Assembly (NCBI GenBank): GCA_963663545.1
Contig: OY760505.1
Span: 1,504,001 to 1,568,000 of the forward strand
Direction of reading: 5' to 3'
DNA: 64,000 bases
DNA from: Candidatus Delongbacteria bacterium
Lineage (GTDB): Bacteria; CAIWAD01
Position numbers and translations under genes: made by a program. Positions 49,523 to 59,224 of the stretch are shown here, piece by piece; the stretch's first letter is position 1, and each line of letters begins with the position of its first letter. Below the pieces are notes generated by a model. It was given only the letters and a program-made list of their open reading frames with translations. It was not told the DNA's origin and made no database searches.

Positions 49523-49592
49523 TAAATGCCTTGCGCAGCGGTGGACTGGTTATTTCGAGGGAGTTCGCGGCCTGCTCTTCGGTAGAGGCTAG

Positions 49593-49745
49593 CTACTTGG
49601 GTAGCTTCTCCGTCAGTCGGAGCTCCACCGCACCAACAATGAGAAGTACACCCGCAGCCAAAGCGAAGTTATGCTGCTCCAGCAGGAAGTAAAATCCGCC
49701 TCCATACATCAGACCAGAAAGGATGCGTTGCCAAGTGATCTTCAT
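49593..49745 (-). CDS. Small 50-aa membrane protein (below ORF-track cutoff)
   Basis: AGGAG RBS; MKITWQRILSGLMYGGGFYFLLEQHNFALAAGVLLIVGAVELRLTEKLPK. Confidence 0.55.
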   Translation of the reverse strand: MKITWQRILSGLMYGGGFYFLLEQHNFALAAGVLLIVGAVELRLTEKLPK

Positions 49746-50061
49746 CTGTTACTCCTGGTTGTGAGTTGTGTGCTTACCTGGAAAGCCAAATCCCGTGATT
49801 CTAGCGAAGGATTCGGCTGTCTGGCGTACTTCACGCGTGTCACCTATCTGCTCATTTCACTAAAGCCACCTTCATCGTCTCCTTCCTATATTGAAGGTCT
49901 GTATAGACACATACTACGAGTAATAAGAAGTACGCTTCTTAGCACCACTATCCAATTTTTCTGTGCATCACGAAGAAATTTCTCAGCTTCACCCATCGAA
50001 AACTACACACGAAAACGGGTGTTGCGGTTCGAAATAGAATAACTCGTGTGTAAGCTGTAAG

Positions 50062-50145
50062 TACCAGAGGAGGGACTCGAACCCTCACATCCCGAAGGAC
50101 AACAGATTTTGAGTCTGTCGCGTCTACCAATTCCGCCACTCTGGC
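50062..50145 (-). tRNA. tRNA-Leu (anticodon CAA), CCA not encoded
   Basis: GCCAGAG acceptor, GGCGGAATTGGTAGAC D-arm, loop CTCAAAA, long variable arm, GGTTCGAGTCC. Confidence 0.96.
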
Positions 50146-50421
50146 AAAGTGTCCCGTCTGCAAAGCTGCAGAGAAGACGAGGGCCCAATATAGCATGAAA
50201 GCCCAGTAGAGTCACGCGTCAGGTAGCGATATGCGCTGCATTTTCTTGAAATTTGAAGGATCGCTTTGTTACTGGGAACACACTGACTTGTATTCAACTA
50301 AGATGGGTTTTCGCAAAGGACGCATTTCGCGACAAATCCGATCACCGTCAGGAAAGCAGGTGAGGGATTAGCCAAATTCACGGGTCAATAAACAAGCGGA
50401 CCGTGGTAGAAAGGACGAACC

Positions 50422-51051
50422 ATGAAGAAGATGATGTGGACGCTGGCGCTGGTCATCAGTGTGGCCCTGGTAGGCAGCGTAGCCGCTGGTGTCGGCTGCA
50501 GCGGATGCAAGACCAAGACCCAGCAGACCAGTACAGCGGTCACGACAACTCCGGGATGCACCTCTCACGCGGAGGCCGCAACGCCCGCCCCATGCAGCGG
50601 CACCTGCTCCGGTCATCAGGATCAGGCCAAGAAGGGAGAGCACACCTGTAGCGGAACTTGCGCCCAGCATGCCAACGGTCAGCCCTGCAATCCTGCCACC
50701 TGTAGCGCTCACGCCAACGGCCAGCCCTGCAGCGGCAATTGTGCCACCACCTGTGCAGTGAAGGCCGCCGGCCAGCCCTGCCCCGGCAACTGCCAGACCA
50801 TGCACGTGGGTCAGGCCTGCACACCCGAATCCTGCACCTACTGCAGCACCTTCAAAACCGTTCTTGAGGGCGGCGCGATGCCCGAGCATGAGTGCGTTGA
50901 TCACGCCAACTGCCAGATTTGCGCGGCTGCTACAGCAGCTCTGCAAGTGCGCAATGCGCCCAAGCCCGCCGAAACGCCGACTCCCTGCGCTCCCGGTTGC
51001 ACCGGCACCTGTGGCCCGAAGAAGGCTGGAGAGGCGCCGGCGAAGTCCTGA
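50422..51051 (+). CDS. Secreted Cys/His-rich repeat protein
   Basis: AAAGGA RBS, signal peptide, 23 Cys and 8 His in CxxxC/CxxC clusters, terminator hairpins downstream. Confidence 0.75.
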   Translation: MKKMMWTLALVISVALVGSVAAGVGCSGCKTKTQQTSTAVTTTPGCTSHAEAATPAPCSGTCSGHQDQAKKGEHTCSGTCAQHANGQPCNPATCSAHANGQPCSGNCATTCAVKAAGQPCPGNCQTMHVGQACTPESCTYCSTFKTVLEGGAMPEHECVDHANCQICAAATAALQVRNAPKPAETPTPCAPGCTGTCGPKKAGEAPAKS

Positions 51052-51064
51052 CCTCTGCACCTGG

Positions 51065-51132
51065 CTGCCGGTCAAGCATCGGCAGTTTTCTTATTCGACG
51101 AGCAAAAACGGTCGGCTGCGGTCGACCGTTTT
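51065..51132. terminator. Tandem terminator hairpins between convergent genes
   Basis: CTGCCG..CGGCAG-TTTT and AAAACGGTCGGC-tgcg-GTCGACCGTTTT. Confidence 0.7.
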
Positions 51133-51259
51133 CTATCTGTGATTGCGTCACCGCGCCCTCGCACCGAAGCCCTCCCGCTGTCCGGGTTGGCCACGAAAAA
51201 CAGCAACGGCCGGCAAACGCCGGCCGCTACCTGTATCTGCGGGAAAGCAAGACGCTGAA

Positions 51260-52414
51260 TCATGAGGCGGTGGGCGCCTCTGGTTCAGGCAGAGGTTGAT
51301 CACGTAGGGTCACGGTGAAGGTGGAGCCCACATCGGGCTCGCTTTCCACGGTGACTTCGCCCTCATAGAGGGAGCTAAGTTTGCGCAGGATCGAGAGGCC
51401 CAGTCCGGAGCCCATCACCTTTGCGGTCTTGGAATTCTTGATGCGCACAAACTCACCAAAGAGCCTGGCCACATCTTCTTTGCTCATGCCAATGCCGGTA
51501 TCCTTGACCTCGATGCCGATCACATCCGCCTCGCGGCGAAGGCTCACATCCACCCGGCCATTCTCGCGGTTGTACTTGACCGCGTTGGAGATCATGTTGT
51601 TCAGAATGATCTCCAGCTCGCCGCCATCGGCCACCATGTTCAAGGACTCGGGCGCGTGCAGCTCGACACTGATGCCGTTCTCCTGCGCCATCGCCAGGGC
51701 CGCTTCAACACTATTGCGCGCGTGCGCAATGACATCCACCTGCTTCAGCTCGCGCACCTTCTGCCCCGACTCGATACGGGTCAGATCCAGCAGGTCCAGA
51801 ATCATTTTGCGCATGCCGCCAATGCGCGTCAGGCAGCGATCGACAAAGCCGTCGTACTTTACCAGCTCGTCGCCCAGCGTGTGAGCGTGCATGATGTTCA
51901 TGTAGTTCTCGAGCACGGCCAGCGGCGCCTTCAGCTCGTGAGCCAACACGGAAATAAACTGGAAGCGCACGCGGCGTTTTTCTTCAGCCAGCTTGCGCGC
52001 CTGCCGCGCCAGGAACACTTGATGCGCCGTCTTGCGAACGACGGTTTTCAGATCGTCCGGCGTAAAGGGCTTGGCCAGAAAATCAAAAGCACCATTCTTC
52101 GTGGTACTTACGGCCACATCCAGACTGGCGTAGGCGGTCACCATCACGGTCAGGCACTGTAGCTCCTGCTCGCGCATCCACTGCAGAATATCCAATCCCG
52201 TCATGTCGGGCAGTTTGTAGTCCAGCAGCACGATGTCATACTTGTTGGCCTGCAGCTGCGACAGCGTCTCGGCGCCATCCTCCGCAGTATCCACCTCGAA
52301 GCTGATCTCGTCGTCGTGCTCCGGCAGCGAGAAGCTGAAGCGTTTGAGTACGCGCGCGCTTCCCAGGCGCATGCCGGGTTCGTCGTCGACTACCAGAACA
52401 TTCAGGACTTCCAT
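51260..52414 (-). CDS. Hybrid receiver-histidine kinase
   Basis: VVDDE..LLDYKLPD..KPF receiver; AHELKAPL, NAVKYN, DTGIG, GSGLGL. Confidence 0.92.
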   Translation of the reverse strand: MEVLNVLVVDDEPGMRLGSARVLKRFSFSLPEHDDEISFEVDTAEDGAETLSQLQANKYDIVLLDYKLPDMTGLDILQWMREQELQCLTVMVTAYASLDVAVSTTKNGAFDFLAKPFTPDDLKTVVRKTAHQVFLARQARKLAEEKRRVRFQFISVLAHELKAPLAVLENYMNIMHAHTLGDELVKYDGFVDRCLTRIGGMRKMILDLLDLTRIESGQKVRELKQVDVIAHARNSVEAALAMAQENGISVELHAPESLNMVADGGELEIILNNMISNAVKYNRENGRVDVSLRREADVIGIEVKDTGIGMSKEDVARLFGEFVRIKNSKTAKVMGSGLGLSILRKLSSLYEGEVTVESEPDVGSTFTVTLRDQPLPEPEAPTAS

Positions 52415-52450
52415 GCTACCTCCCGTCAAAGAACCGCCGCTCGCGCCGGA

Positions 52451-52849
52451 TTACATCAGGCGCTCGATCTCGCGCATGAGCTGTTCGTAGCGGATATCCT
52501 TGTCCAGCACAGCGTCGGCCTTGATCCAGGAGCGATCCTGGGTGGTCTCCGTGTGGAAGCTGATTCCGGTCTCGGCCGCAACCGCCGTTACCAGAATCAC
52601 GGGCGTATTGGGATAAAGCTTCTTGGTTTTGTAGGCCAGCACAAAGCCACTGTCCTGGTTCTCCATCATCAAGTCGAAGACCGCCAGATCCGGCGCTGTC
52701 TCCTGCAAAAGCTGCTCGGCCTGTGCCTGGCTGTCAGCCGCGATCACCGTGAAGCCTGCCGTCTCGAGGAAGAGCTTCAGCTGCTCCAGCAAATCGATGT
52801 CGTCGTCGGCCACCAGCACCCGCTTGCCGGTGTAGTTCTTCTCGGACAT
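52451..52849 (-). CDS. Single-domain response regulator
   Basis: VADDD, FDLMME, VTAV. Confidence 0.9.
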   Translation of the reverse strand: MSEKNYTGKRVLVADDDIDLLEQLKLFLETAGFTVIAADSQAQAEQLLQETAPDLAVFDLMMENQDSGFVLAYKTKKLYPNTPVILVTAVAAETGISFHTETTQDRSWIKADAVLDKDIRYEQLMREIERLM

Positions 52850-52923
52850 ATCTGTAACCTCCGCAATACCAGATCAGGCCCCGGTCAGTCACCGACCGCT
52901 GGGGTTGCTGTCCTTACTGTCCA

Positions 52924-54966
52924 TCATGCTCCGGTCGGACGTCGGCCGATTGGGCTGCTGTCCGTGCCGCCCGGATTTCGCAGCGGCAATGTGATGATAA
53001 ACGTCGTTCCCGTGGCACCCTTGGCTGGATCCGCATTGGATTTGACCTCGATGTTGCCGCGGTGCATTTTCACAATTCCGTAGGTCACGGCCAGACCGAG
53101 GCCGGTACCCTCACCCAATTTTTTCGTCGTAAACAGGGGTTCGAAAATCTTCTGCAGGTGTTGCTGCTCGATTCCCGTTCCCGAATCGCTGACCTGAATG
53201 CGAACCATTCCCTCGGCATTATCGGTCAGCAGCTTCAAGTTGCCACCATCGGGCATGGCCTCAATGGCATTTCGCACCAGGTTTGTCAGCACCTGCACAA
53301 GCTGGTCCGCATCCACCGGCGCCACCGACTCGGTCATCTGGTGTTCCACCGCCAGGGTCACGCTAGCTGGCACCTGGATCGCTTTCAAACTATGGTCGAT
53401 GATTTCGCGAATGTCCGCTGGCGCCAGATTGACCTTGCTCTTGCGGGCAAAGTTGAGCAGACCCGAGACGATCTTCTTGCAGCGCTCGGCCTGCTCGACG
53501 ATCATGCACAGATCCTCAATCTTCTCCTGATCGTCGCCGGCTTCTTCCTGCATCATCTTGGCATACAACAGGATCACGCCCAGCGGGTTGTTGATCTCGT
53601 GGGCAATACCAGCGGAGAGCTGCCCCATTGAGGCGAGCTTCTCCGCATTGATCAACGCTTGTCTGGCAGAAGCGAGCTTGGCGTTGCTGTCATGCAGCTC
53701 CACCAGCGAGTGGTTCAGGCGGTCGATGGTCCATGGAAGGCACATCTCGCTCTCGGCCAGACCTTTGTGAATAGCGACGGCGTGTTCGCGGCAAGTAGCA
53801 TAGCCACAGGCGCCGCAATCCAGCTCGTCCTCGGGTTCTGTCTTTCCCATACGCGACAGGATCTCGCGCATTTCCTGCGGCGAAGGCATGCCCAGCCGCT
53901 GATCGTCAATGGTGTATTCCTGATGCAGATCCAGACCGGCAACATCTCCGACCCACTTCTGCCACTGGCCCGGCTCCTGCTCATGGATGCGCTCGCGCAC
54001 AAACTGGCTCACGGCGACCCGGCGTTTGAACTCCGGTGTTCGCGAGTCGATGCCCGAACCGTTGATGCATCCGTTGCAGCAAAGGGTCTCCAGTAGGCGC
54101 ACGTCCAGCGCGCCAGTGCCGAAAGCCTCGATGGCCTGGGTGAAATGGTTGGTGCCGTCGACGGCGACCACATCATTGGATAAAAGGTCCTCGCTGATTC
54201 CCGCGGCCTGCAACATGCCGTGGGAGATCGGAAAGAGAGCGCCGATGCCCGCGTGGGGAGGATCGAAATCCGTGGGCGCAACGCTCTCCGCCGTGATACC
54301 GTCCTCGGCAAACATCCGGTTGAGCTCGATGAAAGTCAGTACTCCATCCACTTCCGGATGCTCGGCATTCCAGCCAGCCTCAGACTTCTTCGCCAAACAG
54401 GGACCTATGAAGACAACGCGCAGATCACTACCTAAAAGTCGGCGTAATACACGCGCTTCGGCAATCATCGGTGATACAATGGGAGCAAGATTCGGCACCA
54501 GCTCGGGGTGATACTTCTCGACGTAGGTCACAACGGCCGGACAGGTCGTCGCAATGTGTCGCCGATCCGGATAGTTATCCAACAGCCGTCGGTAGGCGCG
54601 TGCTACAAGGTCTGCGCCAAAGGCTACTTCGTGCACACTGTGAAAGCCCAGCTTGCGCACCATGCCCACGACCTGATGCCAATCGGTGTCGTGATACTCC
54701 GCAGGAAAGGAAGGCGCCAGAATCGCAGCCACCTTGGCCTTGCCCGCCAGCAGTTCGCGTACATGGACGATTCCGTCCAGCACACTCTTGGCTTGCTGAC
54801 GACAAACCCGGACACAGTTGCCACAACCGATACAGCGCTCGCCAATGACTTCGGCCTGTCCCCGCACGATGCGAATGGCCTTGGCCGGACAGTCACGGAC
54901 GCAAGTGTAACACGTGCGACACCGCTCCTTGATGGTTGTGATCAACTGGGCTCCCGAGCGCAGCAT
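52924..54966 (-). CDS. Sensory (group C-like) [FeFe]-hydrogenase domain fused to histidine kinase
   Basis: 2x[4Fe-4S] ferredoxin motifs, TTCPA / GPCLAKKSE / [30 protein letters not shown], HATPase. Confidence 0.88.
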   Translation of the reverse strand: MLRSGAQLITTIKERCRTCYTCVRDCPAKAIRIVRGQAEVIGERCIGCGNCVRVCRQQAKSVLDGIVHVRELLAGKAKVAAILAPSFPAEYHDTDWHQVVGMVRKLGFHSVHEVAFGADLVARAYRRLLDNYPDRRHIATTCPAVVTYVEKYHPELVPNLAPIVSPMIAEARVLRRLLGSDLRVVFIGPCLAKKSEAGWNAEHPEVDGVLTFIELNRMFAEDGITAESVAPTDFDPPHAGIGALFPISHGMLQAAGISEDLLSNDVVAVDGTNHFTQAIEAFGTGALDVRLLETLCCNGCINGSGIDSRTPEFKRRVAVSQFVRERIHEQEPGQWQKWVGDVAGLDLHQEYTIDDQRLGMPSPQEMREILSRMGKTEPEDELDCGACGYATCREHAVAIHKGLAESEMCLPWTIDRLNHSLVELHDSNAKLASARQALINAEKLASMGQLSAGIAHEINNPLGVILLYAKMMQEEAGDDQEKIEDLCMIVEQAERCKKIVSGLLNFARKSKVNLAPADIREIIDHSLKAIQVPASVTLAVEHQMTESVAPVDADQLVQVLTNLVRNAIEAMPDGGNLKLLTDNAEGMVRIQVSDSGTGIEQQHLQKIFEPLFTTKKLGEGTGLGLAVTYGIVKMHRGNIEVKSNADPAKGATGTTFIITLPLRNPGGTDSSPIGRRPTGA

Positions 54967-56684
54967 TAGTGTATCACATCCCTTTTGGTGTAATGGGTGT
55001 GCAAGAGTTCGTGGCTCTTGTGCCCAAGCGGCTCACCCAGCCATTTCTCGTAGAGTTCGCGAATGGCCCAGTTGCGATGGGAAGCGCGCATGGGCTCCTG
55101 CTGATCAATGTTGTACAAGGCCTGCATTCGCGCACGAATATCGTCGACATCGGTTGCCTGCGGCTGTCCACCGCCTGCGATGCAACCGCCGGGGCAGGTC
55201 ATCACTTCGATGAACTGCAGATCCGTCCGACCTTCCTTGCGAATCTGATGCAGCAGCTTCTGCGCATTGATCAAGCCATTGGCAACGGCCACACCAAGAT
55301 CGAGCTCGCCCACCTTGACGTGCAGCTCCTTGATGCCCTCAAGTCCGCGTACTTCGCGTATCACGTAGTTTGGCAGTTCCTCGCCGGTAAGCATGTAATA
55401 CGCCGTGCGCAGCGCGGCCTCCATTACACCACCTGAGCTTCCGAAGAGCTTGCCCGCCGTGGAGCGCACACCCAGAGGCAGATCGGCATTCTCCGGCTCC
55501 AGCTTGTCGAACTCGATGCCGTACATCTTGATGATGCGCGCCAGCTCACGTGTTGTCAGCACCGCATCGATGTCGGCTACGCCCTCACGGCCCATTTCCT
55601 TGCGGTTGGCCTCGAACTTCTTCGCAGTACAGGGCATGATGGCCACGCTGAAGATTTTCTTGGGGTCCAGCTCGTTCTTCTCGGCGTAATACGTTTTGAT
55701 GAGCGCGCCCATCATCTGCTGCGGGCTCTTGCAGGTGGACACGTGATCCAAATAGTCCGGATGCGCCTGCTCGATGTATTTCACCCAACCGGGAGAACAG
55801 GAAGTGAACATGGGCAGCGGGCCCTTGTTCTTGATGCGGTCCACCAGCTCACTGGCCTCTTCCATAATGGTGAGATCGGCAGTGAAGCCGGTGTCAAAGA
55901 CCTGCTCAAAACCGAGCTGACGCAGCGCGGCAACCATCAGGCCATTCACGTCGCGACCGGCGGGAAAACCGAATTCCTCAGCGACAGTAACGGAAACCGA
56001 GGGCGCGTGCTGCACGACGACGTGCAGATTCGGATTGTTCAGCGCCTCGAGCACCGTGCGAATATCGCTGTGCTCCCGCAGTGCGCCGGTGGGACACACC
56101 ATGACACACTGGCCACAGGCAATGCAGGAGGAAACGTTGAGTCCCTGCACAAAGGCGGGCGCAATGATGGAATTGGAACCGCGTCCGACGAAGTCGATGG
56201 CACTGACGCCCATGATCTCTTCACAGACACGCACACACTTGCCGCACAGGATGCACTTGTCCTGGTCACGGTGAATGGCCGGGCTGGAAACATCCACGGG
56301 ATGTGTCACGCGGCTACCGGTGTAGCGCCGCTCGCGAACGCCGTAGAGCTCAGACAGATCCTGCAGATGGCAGTCGCCATTGCGCACACAGTACAAGCAG
56401 TCATCGGGATGATTCGCCTGTAGCAACTCGATAATCGTCTTGCGCGCGGTAACGGCACGCTGACTATTGGTATGTATCACCATGCCGTTCTCGACAGGGT
56501 GAGAACAGCTAGGAATTAGGCCGCGGCCTTCGACATCGACAACGCAAATGCGGCAAGCGCCACTGGGCAAAAGGCCTTTCATGTGACACAGGGTCGGGAT
56601 CTTGATCCCCGCACGGGTGCAGGCGTCAAGAATGGTCTCGCCGGCATTGGCCTCGATGGTTCGGTTATTGACAGTGATCTGCAT
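54966..56684 (-). CDS. hydA: NADH-dependent [FeFe]-hydrogenase catalytic subunit (group A)
   Basis: 2Fe-2S, His-ligated and 2x4Fe-4S motifs; TSCSPGW, MPCTAKKFE, EVMTCPGGCIAGGGQP. Confidence 0.95.
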   Translation of the reverse strand: MQITVNNRTIEANAGETILDACTRAGIKIPTLCHMKGLLPSGACRICVVDVEGRGLIPSCSHPVENGMVIHTNSQRAVTARKTIIELLQANHPDDCLYCVRNGDCHLQDLSELYGVRERRYTGSRVTHPVDVSSPAIHRDQDKCILCGKCVRVCEEIMGVSAIDFVGRGSNSIIAPAFVQGLNVSSCIACGQCVMVCPTGALREHSDIRTVLEALNNPNLHVVVQHAPSVSVTVAEEFGFPAGRDVNGLMVAALRQLGFEQVFDTGFTADLTIMEEASELVDRIKNKGPLPMFTSCSPGWVKYIEQAHPDYLDHVSTCKSPQQMMGALIKTYYAEKNELDPKKIFSVAIMPCTAKKFEANRKEMGREGVADIDAVLTTRELARIIKMYGIEFDKLEPENADLPLGVRSTAGKLFGSSGGVMEAALRTAYYMLTGEELPNYVIREVRGLEGIKELHVKVGELDLGVAVANGLINAQKLLHQIRKEGRTDLQFIEVMTCPGGCIAGGGQPQATDVDDIRARMQALYNIDQQEPMRASHRNWAIRELYEKWLGEPLGHKSHELLHTHYTKRDVIH

Positions 56685-56701
56685 GGGGACGACTCCTATT
56701 G

Positions 56702-58648
56702 TCACTTGATCAGGACTGCATCAAAGCGGCAGACATCCTTGCAGGTGCCACAGCCGATGCACTTCTCGGTGACGATGTGATGCGGATTCTTGCGCGTGCC
56801 GAGAATCGCGTCCGTTGGACACTTGCGTGCGCAGACGGTACAGCCCGTGCACTTCTCGGTGTCGATCTCGAAGACCAGCAGATCCTGACAGGTGTGTGCC
56901 GGACAGCGGCGCTCGTAGATGTGCGCTTCGTATTCGTCGCGGAACCAGCGCAAAGTGCTCAGAATCGGGTTGGGCGCACTCTGACCAAGTCCGCAAAGGC
57001 TTGTATCACGAATCACATTTGCCAGACGCTCGATGTACATCACGCCCTTGAAGCGCTCGAGGGTCTGGAAATCGGTTTCCTTGTTGCGTCCGCGGGTAAT
57101 GGCCTGTAGCATTTCGAGCATCTGGCGAGTTCCCTCGCGGCAGGGAATGCACTTGCCGCAGCTCTCGCGCTGGATGAACTCCATGAAGAACTTTGCCACA
57201 TCCACCATGCAAGTATTCTCGTCCATCACGACCATACCGCCAGAACCCATCATGGCGCCCACGGTCTTGAGGCTTTCGTAATCGATGGCGATGTCCAGGT
57301 GTGACTCGGGGATGCAGCCGCCGGAAGGACCGCCCATTTGCACGGCTTTGAACTTGCGACCGAATTCTACACCGCCGCCAATGTCGAAGATGATGCTGCG
57401 AATGGTGCAGCCCATCTCCACTTCCACTAGACCGGTCAGTGTGATCTTGCCGGAAAGCGCGAAGACCTTGGTTCCCTTGGAGCCTTCGGTTCCCAGTGCC
57501 GCATAGGACTCTGCACCTTCGGCGATGATGATCGGCACGTTGGCGAGCGTTTCCACATTGTTGATCACCGTGGGCTTGCCAAACAATCCGCTTGTAGTCG
57601 GGAAAGGCGGACGGGGACGCGGCATGCCGCGCTTGCCCTCGATGCTGTGAATCAGCGCTGTTTCTTCGCCGCAGACAAATGCCCCGGCACCCATCTTGAT
57701 GATGATCTTGAAGCTGAAACCGGTGCCGAGGATGTTTTTACCCAGCAGGCCAACTTCTTCAAGCTTGGCAATGGCGATTTTCAGGCGCTGAATGGCCAAG
57801 GGATACTCGGCACGAATGTAGATGTAGCCGGTATTAGCGCCGATGGCGTAGGCGGCAATCGCCAGGCCCTCGAGCATGGCATATGTATCACCTTCAATGA
57901 CGGCGCGGTCCATGAAGGCACCAGGGTCGCCCTCGTCGGCGTTGCAGATCATGTACTTCTGCTCGCTCTCCTCGGCCATGGCAAAGGACCACTTGCGACC
58001 GGTGGGAAAGCCACCGCCGCCGCGTCCACGCAGACCGCTGGCAAGCACTGTATCACATACCTGACGCTGAGTCATGGTTTGAATGGCCTTGGCGAATGCG
58101 CGATAGCCACCCTGTGCTACATATTCTTCCAGATTGACGGGATTGATCTTGCCGCAGTTGCGCAAAACAAGTCGCTTCTGCGGTTTGAAGAACGGATGCT
58201 CGTCGATGTGTATCACACCGTCCCAGTCTTTGTGATCCTCGTGGCGGAACTGGCCCAGAATCTCGACACCCTCTGGCAGACGCTCTTCCAGAATGGCGTC
58301 CAGCAGCGGCTCGACTTTGTCCTGTGTCACATGACTGAAGCTGATGCGACTGCGACCAGGAAGCTGCACATCCAGCAGCGGCTCTGCGGCACACAGGCCG
58401 ATGCAGCCCACTTCAACGATCTCTGCATCAACACCGCGCGCGGCCAAACCAGCTCGCAAAACGGCTAGAGATTTGTCAGCACCAGCACTGAGTCCACAAG
58501 TGCCTGCGCCGATGAAAAAGACAGGTCGATCGATGACATCGCGGCGGACCTGGCGCACGTGGTCGCTCAGCTGAATCTCGCTGCTGTCCTTCCGGACGCT
58601 GATTTGCTCTTCAATCAGCATGGAGGCTAGGTTTTTATTCATGCTCAT
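56702..58648 (-). CDS. hydB: NuoF-like diaphorase subunit
   Basis: GLRGRGGGGFP, NADEGDPG, GAFVCGEET, ESCGKCIPCREG, C-terminal 2x4Fe-4S. Confidence 0.95.
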   Translation of the reverse strand: MSMNKNLASMLIEEQISVRKDSSEIQLSDHVRQVRRDVIDRPVFFIGAGTCGLSAGADKSLAVLRAGLAARGVDAEIVEVGCIGLCAAEPLLDVQLPGRSRISFSHVTQDKVEPLLDAILEERLPEGVEILGQFRHEDHKDWDGVIHIDEHPFFKPQKRLVLRNCGKINPVNLEEYVAQGGYRAFAKAIQTMTQRQVCDTVLASGLRGRGGGGFPTGRKWSFAMAEESEQKYMICNADEGDPGAFMDRAVIEGDTYAMLEGLAIAAYAIGANTGYIYIRAEYPLAIQRLKIAIAKLEEVGLLGKNILGTGFSFKIIIKMGAGAFVCGEETALIHSIEGKRGMPRPRPPFPTTSGLFGKPTVINNVETLANVPIIIAEGAESYAALGTEGSKGTKVFALSGKITLTGLVEVEMGCTIRSIIFDIGGGVEFGRKFKAVQMGGPSGGCIPESHLDIAIDYESLKTVGAMMGSGGMVVMDENTCMVDVAKFFMEFIQRESCGKCIPCREGTRQMLEMLQAITRGRNKETDFQTLERFKGVMYIERLANVIRDTSLCGLGQSAPNPILSTLRWFRDEYEAHIYERRCPAHTCQDLLVFEIDTEKCTGCTVCARKCPTDAILGTRKNPHHIVTEKCIGCGTCKDVCRFDAVLIK

Positions 58649-58658
58649 CCTCGGCGTG

Positions 58659-59195
58659 TTAGGCTTCCAGGGCGTTCTTGGTCGCCGCTTCCTTCTCGCG
58701 ATACTGCTTCAGAATCGCAGCGACCTGACCGGGCTCGACCTTGGCGTGATACTCGTCGCCAATGGCAATCACAGGAGCCAAACCACAGGCGCCAATACAG
58801 GCCACCACTTCCAGACTGAAAAGGCCATCGCGAGTCGTTTCACCTGGTGCGATTTTCAATTCCTGCTCCAGAGCCTGTAACACATTGGCGCTGCCCTTCA
58901 CGTGACACGCGGTTCCGCGGCACACCTGGATGTGATACTTGCCGATGGCAGAAAAGCGGAACTGATTATAGAAGGTGGCCACGCCATAAATCTTGCTCGC
59001 CGGCAGGTCCAGATGGGCGCCGATTCGTGTCACAGCCTCGCGGGAAAGGAATCCCAGCTCGCCCTGGACCTCCTGCAGGATGGGGATCAGCTTGTCCCGA
59101 CCAGCGTCAGGGTGTCCCTGCAGAATTTCGTCGATCGTCTTCATGTATTGCTCCTGTAGCATCAGGTCGCCCGATTCGAGTTCCGGTCCACCCAT
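58659..59195 (-). CDS. hydC: NuoE-like 2Fe-2S subunit
   Basis: GVATFY, CRGTAC, CIGACGLAP; start may be 59162. Confidence 0.93.
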   Translation of the reverse strand: MGGPELESGDLMLQEQYMKTIDEILQGHPDAGRDKLIPILQEVQGELGFLSREAVTRIGAHLDLPASKIYGVATFYNQFRFSAIGKYHIQVCRGTACHVKGSANVLQALEQELKIAPGETTRDGLFSLEVVACIGACGLAPVIAIGDEYHAKVEPGQVAAILKQYREKEAATKNALEA

Positions 59196-59224
59196 GTCAG
59201 GCCGTGGCCCGGTTATCCGGTGGT

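Noticed and set aside
50336..50406. Two hairpins in the leader of the Cys-rich gene as a metal riboswitch
   Set aside because: No NiCo or yybP-ykoY consensus is visible, and the stems are short enough to arise by chance.
50422..51051. Multiheme cytochrome c (given the resB gene in the window)
   Set aside because: There is no CxxCH motif; His residues are two or three positions after the second Cys.
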